Position numbers and translations under genes: made by a program. A stretch of DNA of 62,738 nucleotides, the filler included, from Perkinsus olseni (taxonomy: Eukaryota): NCBI GenBank assembly GCA_013115125.1. It is 3 parts of 3 records of this genome, joined end to end, with 100 filler letters (N's around TTAATTAATTAA, not from the genome) between each part and the next. Parts side by side here need not be neighbours in the genome. Positions count along the whole stretch, not along the records: positions 41,915 to 62,738 come from JABANN010000567.1; 2 more parts are not named here. The stretch is one strand, 5' to 3'. The notes below the pieces were generated by a model, which worked only from the letters and a program-made list of their open reading frames with translations, was not told where the DNA came from and searched no databases. Each line of letters opens with the position of its first letter. The first letter of the stretch is position 1. Positions 47,390 through 56,265 of this stretch are shown one piece after another.

Positions 47390-47920
47390 ATATTATGTAT
47401 TGCCTCTGCTAAGGATCTGCTCAGGTTTGGCGGGGACGAGGTGTTGTGGGTGCAGATTGCCTACTACCGGTGCTCCTCTACTCGGTTGGTTGGTCCTGAG
47501 TATGTCCCGAGCACTCCCCAAGGGTTTTGTCAAGTCCCAAGAAAGGTCAAACCCTCGCAGTCCTTCTATAGCTGATGAGCCCAATACCGATCGTCTGGGC
47601 AAGCGAGATGCTCAGGCCGTGCTGTGAAGTAGAGAGAAGAGTGAAGTGCATTGTTACACTACTTCTGTCCCAGGGTAGTGGTATTGGCTTATTCTGGCAC
47701 AAGACATCCGCTTGTTGAGTTTCCCCTAAGTGATATCCAAGTCAGTACCGCGACACAAGATACGCTGTGAGGTGCGCACCTCGAAGATGCGATAGTCGTA
47801 TTGATCTTCAAGATGTGCTAAATGGGTCTATTAGTGGACGGCAAACAGTCAGCATGTTTGAGTGTTGGCTGCTGTAGTGTGATATGTGTGGTATCGTACT
47901 TTCGTAAGGGGTGTAGTGTT

Positions 47921-48187
47921 CACTCGGAATTGCAGGGGCTCGGAATCAGTACCCGTTTCTTGGCGGAAAATTTTTCCTCGGAATCTGATCCCATGACCCG
48001 CACTTGAATGTAGACCTCGGATTTCCAGCTCGTGAAAGCACAACTCGGAATCGGAAAAGTTTCGCTGAGCGCTCGGACCGAGCACTCAACTCGGAAATTC
48101 ACTTGAATGCATTATTCCATCCCGAGTTCGGAAGGGATGCCCTTCCGACTACTCGGACTCGGAAAAAGGGGCACTTGAATAGGCCCC
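47921..48187 (+). repeat. Cluster of CTCGGA(A) and CACTTGAAT motifs, probable subterminal region of a DNA transposon end
   Basis: About ten CTCGGA copies and three CACTTGAAT copies in ~270 bp, abutting CAGGGGTG at 48187. Confidence 0.5.
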
Positions 48188-49164
48188 AGGGGTGACCAGT
48201 TATTTTCAACACCATCATTCTTAACACACGGAGAATTTCATCACAAGGGTGGTTCGTGCCAACACTTAATTTCAACACTTGCCATTGCAGAGAGTTTTTC
48301 CTAACACTTCTTATTTCAAAACATCCTAGTGTTGAAGAAGCCCTACCAGAAACAGTTTTTTCCAACACTGCAGTGGTCTTTTTAAACACTTAACTTTCTC
48401 CTGATACTACGCTCCTTTGCGAGGCCGCGAACTTCGCAGATACTCTGTGCTGGAGAGTAACAGGCCCCGCAGAAAAACCGAGTAGAAAAACCGACCGAGC
48501 CGCCTGAGAGCTGCAAATTAGTGCAAAACGCAAGACCGAATAGGCCGGAAACACGGAGTTCACGATACCTAGAGCAGGGAACACACATCAAAAAGAGAGA
48601 AGGTCCGACATTCGATTAATTCTTGCACCGTTGAGTGGCTTTCAATGGAAGGCTTCCGGAGTATACGCCCTGTGGAGGGTAGCATCTGAGTGACCAAGGT
48701 AACCATGCTATTACTCGATGAACTACTTGCCGTGGTTTTCAGTCCATCCACGCCGGTGAGGTGGACCTGGAGAGCTTTGAACTTCTTGAAACGGGTTGGA
48801 CGTCCCCCATTATCATGCCGTTTCCTTCCCTGTACGATTTTGGCGGAGGTATCTGGGGAAAGGATATCACAGGAAGATGTCCTAGTCAACGAATCGTAAG
48901 AGCAGACTTAAGTACCTTGGTGGTTCGAAGTAGACGAGTGTCGAGCTGTTTCCTTGGGAGGGACTTCGGCAGAGCTTCGACTACTCCTAGTAGTCAAAGA
49001 TCCAGAGACCGGAGAAGCAATCTCAGAGACCATGGCCGGAGAAGTCCTCTCCTCATTGTCATTTTCTGCTCTGCTAACGAGGCAAACATGATAACATTGC
49101 CCAGACTGGCAATACACGCCTCGATGGTTGAACCTCCGTCACGCTTCTAAGATGCGTTGGGGAG

Positions 49165-49224
49165 TGAGAAGCGATGAGAGCTCCAACCTTCGTCTGAGAA
49201 GCGATGAGAGCTCCAACCTTCGTC
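49165..49224 (+). repeat. Perfect 30-bp tandem duplication
   Basis: TGAGAAGCGATGAGAGCTCCAACCTTCGTC x2. Confidence 0.9.
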
Positions 49225-49997
49225 AGCGTGCGTCCTTCCCCCCTGGAAACATCGGTCCTCAGGGTGGGAGGGAGGGTTGAAACTTTTCCTAGTATAACAC
49301 AACCCAGTTGGGCCTCCGCCCCTCGTACGCGTGCTCTTTTCTTGTGTACCACGTGCTGGCCGTTTGAAAGCGCGCGCCCATCAACAGCGCGTATGATAAC
49401 ACAAGCTTCCGTTGTGTTTCTCATACATAGGACATGTACACCCAATCGCGGGGATTCTTATGGCTCCTGCTTTGCCGAGCACCCACAGCTGCCCCGTCTA
49501 GAGATCGCGACTGCCGAGATGAGCTCGCCACATAATACCGTAGGTGCGGTGTAGCTGTGTATACAATATGTGGATCACATTCCTGAGCATTAGCCAGGGA
49601 AGCTGGCTGGGGTTCGAGTCGCGTAGAGCAAGTTTTGCTATCATCGGTCTATATCATCGGGTTTCCAGGAACTACACGAGTGGCTGGTATTACAAGCAGG
49701 CGTAGAGCGACTCGAATCTATGCGTTCGTCAGCAAATCGACGAGAATAGATGGCAGAAGTGTCACTCATTTCGAGGGGGGGGGGGCGCAAAGTAAAGCTG
49801 GGCGAGCCGCAGTAACCAATCATTGAGACTCTGAAGAATGGAGCTTGGGCAAGAAGCCAGGCGCCACTAACGAGTCGTTAGTAACGATATCAACGCAACA
49901 CAGACTAGGGCGAGAAACTTACTGAACGCCAACCCAGGTTCGATGCGAGAACGGCAAGCGTAATATAAGCGAAAGGCAAGGAGCGGAAGGGTTCGGG

Positions 49998-50019
49998 GAG
50001 CGGACTCCGCTCAGCGGAG
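49998..50019. repeat. 22-bp double fold-back scar (8-mer GAGCGGAG)
   Basis: GAGCGGA + CTCCGCTC + AGCGGAG, exact. Confidence 0.8.
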
Positions 50020-50438
50020 ACAGACATGAAGATGCTCCAATAACAACTCTAATAAGCTAAGTGCCGTTCACGAATATATATGTAAGTGTTGCAAAAACCA
50101 GCAAAACAACGGTCTTTCGCAACACTCAAAAAGTGTTAAAAATGATGATGGTGAAAAAAGACTGCCGAACAAAAGAGTTGAAAATGACAGTGCAAGTGGT
50201 GCAAAAACAGGTGTTTAGAAAAACTCCGGCCAGGAAAAACGATTTACTCGGGTATTCGCCGAGGGCAGAAGAAGTACTTCAATCAGAAGGTCAATCGACT
50301 GCCATGGGTACCTCGCTCTCCTCCGTGGGTCACAGTTTGTTTGCTAGCGCCAGCTTTATTAATGATATCCTCACAGGCATTTGGGACCACGCTGCCACTA
50401 CTCAGGCAAGCCGTCCAAAATTCGTATCTTCGTTTCAA

Positions 50439-51281
50439 CTAACTTGACATTGAGAAGCAGCACTTAGCGTTGAAGCTGTTGGCCATAAATGCAGCGTCAT
50501 CGAGCATTTGCTGGCGCCCCTCTGGAACTGGCTGGGCCATGTTCTCGAGCTCCTGCAATTCACCTTCCATAGAATCGCCCTTTCGTTGACTGCTTTCTTT
50601 ACTTATACTTTTAATCGCAGCAATCGATACCTTCAAGGCATTCTGGCAGCCTGTGAGGACGCTACCCGAGGCGGCCTCGACACAGCGGCACAGGATACTA
50701 TATAATTGTACCAGCCAGAAGATGAATCTAACTAATAGTTCATGGACTTTCATATCTCCTACTTAGTATCTCTCAATGGTAGACAGACCTCAGTAGCCCG
50801 TATCATATATTCCAGGTGCCTCACAGCAAACTGTGGAGGTGACCGACTGCATAGAAATAGACTTATACGATGAATGAGAGCAGAGCACGCCAGTAGGCCG
50901 AGGTGAAGGTTATCCCTCAGCAGAGGGCGCTCCACCGCTCTGAGGTCGGGCTCAAGTGAAATGCCATTATGACTACCGTTCATATATGAACATCAATAAG
51001 CGAACAGGCCTGGTCCATTAAATCGTCACACTCTTTGGCAAGCTTATCGTTAGTGAGGAGGATAGGCTTCACCGTGAGTTCCTCCCACTCGGTGATGAGC
51101 CGTTTCAGTTCAGTATCCTGAGGCTGTACAACACCTCAGGGGAACATGCTACTATGACATCGGCTGCTCTAGTAATCGGTTCCTCAGGGGTCATCCCCTT
51201 CGGTGGTTTCTGTGTGACTCTCTTACGTCTCACTGCCTCCAACAATATCGATTCTTCGTCTACGGATATGACCTTAGACAT
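50439..51281 (-). pseudogene. Possible disrupted gene of unknown function
   Basis: Helical-looking peptide pieces (MSKVISVDEESILLEAV..., ...LLRDNLHLGLLACSAL..., KVHELLVRFIFWLVQL...) in changing frames without clear introns. Confidence 0.3.
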
Positions 51282-51309
51282 TTACGGCGGGCGTTTCAGG
51301 GCTTTTATC

Positions 51310-51696
51310 AATAGAGTATAGCGATAAAATCAGAGTATATTATACGAATCGATAAGCGCCTTCCAAAGGTGGTCAAGTCATTCTGATAGTCTCGGGCACA
51401 GACGAAAAATCGAAAATTCAAATTCGAATAAAGGATCGGTTACAGTGGGAGGGGTTAGTTGTCCCTCACGGCATCATGAATGGAATGTGACATGTGGAGA
51501 AGAGTCGGAGGACTAACATCCGACATTTAATGCGTGGTAACGGATCTTTTCCATCCCGACAGAATTTGATTTGCATGTCCGATTTTTCGTCTGTGCTCGA
51601 GAGTACCAAAATGACTTGACCACCATCGGAAAGCCCTTAGCGAGTTGTATATGATACTCATTATGAGTAACTCATATTTCATCCCTATACTCTATT
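51310..51696. mobile_element. Fold-back / MITE-like element with long imperfect inverted arms
   Basis: 51310 to about 51442 aligns to the reverse complement of about 51537-51696 (e.g. GGTGGTCAAGTCATT/AATGACTTGACCACC, GCACAGACGAAAAATCG/CGATTTTTCGTCTGTGC); no TSD identified. Confidence 0.65.
51655..51676. repeat. 22-bp double fold-back scar (8-mer TACTCATA)
   Basis: TACTCAT + TATGAGTA + ACTCATA, exact; the 14 extra nt are absent from the partner inverted arm. Confidence 0.85.
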
Positions 51697-51785
51697 CCGT
51701 GGACTTATTGAAAGAAGTCGGTCTTTTTGAAACACCCTTACGATATATAAAAAACGTAGAGTAAGCTAGTTAGTCTGCCCGGCAG

Positions 51786-51834
51786 ACTCTATCGATGCTA
51801 GACGGCAGACTCTGCCGTCTAGCATCGATAGAGT
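51786..51834. repeat. Perfect 24-bp-arm palindrome with 1-nt centre
   Basis: ACTCTATCGATGCTAGACGGCAGA-C-TCTGCCGTCTAGCATCGATAGAGT. Confidence 0.95.
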
Positions 51835-53407
51835 TATGTCTCAGAGTATCTCATTGGTGCTTTGGTATTCACGGTACTAACACAACTACATAATGGACAT
51901 CAGCACATCCTCGTGTGAAGGTAATTCTGTAACGTCATAGGTCGACCCTTGGTAAGGGAGCGATCAGGCGCCTGTCGGAGACCCGGTGCCGTCTCCATGC
52001 GCAGAAGTTGCTGCAGACTAGCTACACTCTCGTCCACTACACGCACTGCTCGAAGTGTCTAAGGATAGCCATAATGGTATCACTTAACATTCTCACGTCA
52101 GGGTTACGCGCCGCTGCCTCAACCAAATCGGCGCACTCCTTCTTCATTGACTTGTAGTAGCCCAATATCTATACCACATTAATAGCCACAGTTTCGGACT
52201 CACAGAATTAGGATACCCCTGATCCGTGCTGGCCGTCTCTCGAGGCATTATCGTCTTGAGCGTGTCCAATACAGGCAGCCTGTACGGCCGAGGATCCCAT
52301 CTCTCCCGCTCAACTGCTCTAATAATTAGAGTCAATTAGAGTCTAATTGCTTCTCAGGGCTGATAAACAATGCCCCAATTACGCTTATAGACTCACCGGC
52401 ATCTTCTTCATCTCATTTGCGAACATCTTTCGACGCCAAACAGACTTTAGCATGCCCCTCTGCTCGGACGCTGCTGGAGGCTCCACTGCCATCTGCTATG
52501 TACTCCGCGGTATAGCTCCCATCCCCTACCGGTGGGGCCTTCAGATCAGGGCAGGAACTTCGATGTAAGACGACCTTCTTACCCTTCTTGTGGAGGTGCC
52601 GAACTCTTCTACCTCTGTTCTGCTCGAGCCTTCTAGATTCTTCCAAGGCAATCTGGGAGAGTAAAACACGTTAGCTGTTCTTATCGTCGAATGAAAAGGA
52701 TATGATTCGAGAGAATATTGGACTGGCCTACGAGCCCCAGAGCATCGAGTCGCTACACTCCCGAGAGGCTCACCTTCATAGATGCCAATTGAGCTGTTAT
52801 ATCCTCATCCTGTGCTGTGACCCCGGATAAGATACTCAACCATTAAAAGGCACCAGTACCCTTGTGAAGCCTCTCTGGTAGACTACTGGACATATAAACT
52901 AACGAGTGCTAATATTATCAACTCAAATCTACGGCATAACGAGGATAACATGTTAGGCATCATTATTCTGATGAGTGCGTGCTTTTATCAGACTAGAAGT
53001 CAACTGCCGACGAAGGTCGGAGCCCGTCATGTTACCACTCTAAAGAGATACTACAATACAGATACAACCATCTCTTCACTTGCTCCTCACTCGGTAGACA
53101 CCAGGCCGTGGGCGTCTAGAACCGCCGAGAACTCGGCCTCGACCTCGGGAGTAGGACAGAGCGAGTGAACGATGGTGCGTACGTCAGCGGAGAGACCCGG
53201 AGACAACGATGACTAAAACACGATGTATACCCAGACTGAGAAGTATCGTGGAACCGGTTTACCCCAAGTGCCGGGCGACCGACACGAAACTGTTAAAAGA
53301 AAGGTCATACCGCTATTACAACACTACACTATTGATTAACAGAAATGGCTTGGTTTAGACCCATCATGCGGGAGGGCTTTAAAATGAAAAGTTATGAAAA
53401 TATTTGA

Positions 53408-53672
53408 ATAATTGATAATATTGATATATTGATGATATTGNNNNNNNNNNNNNNNNNNNNNNNNNNNNNNNNNNNNNNNNNNNNNNNNNNNNNNNNNNNN
53501 NNNNNNNNNNNNNNNNNNNNNNNNNNNNNNNNNNNNNNTGATAATATTGATGATATTGATAATATTGATATATTGATGATATTGATAATATTGATGATAT
53601 TGATAATATTGATATATTGATGATATTGATAATATTGATGATATTGATAATATTGATGATATCGATAGTATT
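53408..53672 (+). repeat. AT-rich 9-bp tandem repeat (ATATTGATA/ATATTGATG) spanning a 98-N gap (53441-53538)
   Basis: Alternating ATATTGATA/ATATTGATG units on both sides of the gap. Confidence 0.9.
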
Positions 53673-53748
53673 GGAACATATTGAAATGTGATAATTTCAT
53701 AAAAAATCAAAAATTCATCCCGAGTACATCGACTTTAGGGTCTCTCAT

Positions 53749-54825
53749 TCACTGTTTAGCTGCAGAGAAACCTACTTTGTTGCTCTGCAGTTGAAAGTTG
53801 AAGTACTTACCCATGAATGCGCTCGCTCCCAAGACGCATTCATCATCGGCAACAAAAGCTAAGCGTAGTATACAAGTTCCCCCATTGTACTTGCTGACCA
53901 GACTTGTTGCGGGAATTTCAAGGGGAATTGCCTCTCCCTTCAACCCTTTTATGCTGAAGGTCATAGATGGCAGGTACTTGGCATCGTCGCAGGATATAAG
54001 TAGTTTCACTCTCTCTTGTTGGATCGAGACCTTCTTCTGCCCCGCTATTTGTAAGAAGTCGATAAGCTGCTTCTTGAACTTCTCGTTGATGTAGATGTGA
54101 CTGGCACCGGTGTCGAATGCAGCAGACGCTGTCAAGGGTATGCGGTACTTTGGATCGCTCCCAATAGCCAAGCCCATCAGTTGCACAAACTGCTCATCCT
54201 TGTTAACAATTTGGACGTACTTGAGGGGAGCAACGTACTTTCCAGGATCCTCACCACCGAGGATGAGCTCGCCGGTCGAGTCCTCCCCTCCTTTGAAGTA
54301 CAGCGAGAAGGAGTTGCTGCTTATAACTTTCTTGGACACCAGTTGCTCGACGATAGATGTATACGGTTGAGTTGCCGGCGTTGATGCTCTCAAGCCGAGC
54401 GACGCCCATATTCTTTCCGAGTCGCGGTTGAAGCCGGCTACCATGCCGAAGTTAGCAGATGGGACAATCGCAGAACCAAACTCCAGCTTGCCAGAGTGCG
54501 GGAAGAGCCAAACCTTAGAGCCGTCACCAAAAGTAAAAGCCTTGGTTGGGCCTTCCGTACAAGGGGGGGCGCACTCATAACAACCGAAGACGAGGTTAGC
54601 GCAGACGCCGAATTCCTCTTCGTACCAGTGCTTCCATACAACAAATAGATAGGTTGCTCCCGTATCTACTAGAGCATAGATATCTTGCCCGTCGGCCTTG
54701 AAATGAGCTAGGGGTAGGGGATAGATATCATTCACGGCGGTCTTCTTGAAGGACATATCCATTCTTACTAGCTTATCGCCTGTGACGAGCCCAATCATAA
54801 CCGGCATCAACAGTTTCCACATCAT
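53749..54825 (-). CDS. Secreted pepsin-like aspartyl protease (family A1), intronless
   Basis: Signal peptide; two catalytic motifs LVDTGAT and AFDTGAS; FSLYF, GELILGG and C-terminal VLGASAF...NKVGFS. Confidence 0.92.
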   Translation of the reverse strand: MMWKLLMPVMIGLVTGDKLVRMDMSFKKTAVNDIYPLPLAHFKADGQDIYALVDTGATYLFVVWKHWYEEEFGVCANLVFGCYECAPPCTEGPTKAFTFGDGSKVWLFPHSGKLEFGSAIVPSANFGMVAGFNRDSERIWASLGLRASTPATQPYTSIVEQLVSKKVISSNSFSLYFKGGEDSTGELILGGEDPGKYVAPLKYVQIVNKDEQFVQLMGLAIGSDPKYRIPLTASAAFDTGASHIYINEKFKKQLIDFLQIAGQKKVSIQQERVKLLISCDDAKYLPSMTFSIKGLKGEAIPLEIPATSLVSKYNGGTCILRLAFVADDECVLGASAFMGKYFNFQLQSNKVGFSAAKQ

Positions 54826-55466
54826 CGATGGCAGAATAAATCGAAGATAAGAAATCTGTTAGAAACATGAATGACTTACGAAGCATCCCCGAAAAGCGTC
54901 GTGAACATCTTCGCTCCTGTTGTACGATTTCTCGTCACCATTTCTTGAGAGTAAGCCAGGATTTACTATCAGTAACTCTAGCGTTACTAACTGTTGCGAA
55001 AATGATGACGATCCCGGCCTATAGTGCTAATGTTCTAAATTATATAGCTGATGTGCAACTCGACATTTGTAGCCGAAGTGAGGCAAAGAAAGAATAATCT
55101 CAGATGCTTGGCCTGCTTTTTTACGTTAGCAAATCGATCGCGTCACACCTGTGCAGGCCAACTCGCACGTGTGAAATTGCGCCACTAGTCACAGACATGA
55201 GACGATATCATAGCCCTTCCTAGGGGCGATGAAAACCAAAGACAATGGGGAGGGGTTGGTACATAGAACATAAAGACCATGCCCATCGAGCGCAGTCGAT
55301 ACTGTGCCCACATAGGTAAACTAGGGCATATCCGACGGGCGCACGAGGAGACAGAAAAATAAACAATTGGCGTGAAACCGTGCCGTGTTTCTGCTCACAG
55401 GGGTCGGCCATGATCAACGCAATAGCACAAGATGGAGCCAGAGGGAACTCTTGTCTTAGTTCATCA

Positions 55467-55488
55467 GTGGGCCCGGCCCACTGGGCCG
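55467..55488. repeat. 22-bp double fold-back scar (8-mer GTGGGCCG)
   Basis: GTGGGCC + CGGCCCAC + TGGGCCG, exact. Confidence 0.8.
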
Positions 55489-55517
55489 GTGTACTACACC
55501 AGTTGGACTACTAGTCC

Positions 55518-55771
55518 ATCGAGGTCAATTTATTGGGCAGATTAATTCGAATCAGGATGACGCAGGCGTGCTATCTACACTGACACAGATAGCGTCAGAC
55601 TCTACATGACTGTGAAGAGCTACATAAGCTCTTGCCCAGCGGCAATGCTGCGCCCAAGGCGCAAGGGATAAGTATTAGCGCTAGTAGCGCGATCCCCAAT
55701 CTTTGGGATCGTGAGATTGGGGATCGCGTCATCCTGATTCGAATTAATCTGCCCAATAAATTGACCTCGAT
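55518..55771. repeat. Perfect 46-bp inverted repeat with 162-bp spacer
   Basis: 55518-55563 is the exact reverse complement of 55726-55771. Confidence 0.95.
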
Positions 55772-56231
55772 TCTGCGCACATCCATGTGCTTGCGTGCAA
55801 CATAGGATCCATACCTAATTGTTGTGGTTGTTGGTCGCCCTGCGCGCGCTGCTCTAACTCTACTCTACAGTCACTCCCCTAAGTCTCCGTAGCTCAGCTA
55901 CTTCTACAAGTTCACTACTCATTGCGTTACCGAGTTCCCAACGCTAGGACTACACCCTCTATCATTACATTCACTCGAACCCGTTGCACTATAGTGATAA
56001 CTACTTTCATTGCTGCTACGTACCCAACTTGCTCTTTGTGCGCCTTTGCTCGTTATACGTACGTTCGTCTTAGTGAACACGTGCGCTACTCGTCATGCTA
56101 TGGAACATACGTTCACCCTGGATCCACAACTAGATCAGTTTTCCGAACTCCTCTCGAGTCCGGTTTTACCTTTCTTCGAGCCTCGTCTCAAATAGCCACA
56201 CTGTACTGAGTTATAGTGCACCGTTACATTG

Positions 56232-56249
56232 TGGGGGCTGTGCCGAGAA
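56232..56249 (+). promoter_or_regulatory. Primer binding site, tRNA-Pro-like
   Basis: TGGGGGCTGTGCCGAGAA; reverse complement TTCTCGG-CACAGCC-C-CCA fits T-stem 3' strand, acceptor strand, C73 and CCA. Confidence 0.75.
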
Positions 56250-56265
56250 CTAAGCTAAGCTACTC

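Larger units (their letters stand above)
48187..50225 (-). mobile_element. Decayed hAT-like DNA transposon
   Basis: Starts CAGGGGTG; AACAC(T) motifs on the left and (A)GTGTT on the right; 48198-48227 is an imperfect inverted match of 50133-50163; minus-strand peptide LKTTASSSSS...STGRILRK...STVQELIECR resembles the hAT C-terminal dimerisation domain. Confidence 0.5.

Noticed and set aside
52144-53168. Minus-strand ORF fragments
   Set aside because: No recognisable family and frequent stops; at best a decayed gene.
53336-53710. ORFs with ISSILS/YQYHQ repeats
   Set aside because: Translations of a 9-bp AT-rich tandem repeat spanning a gap.
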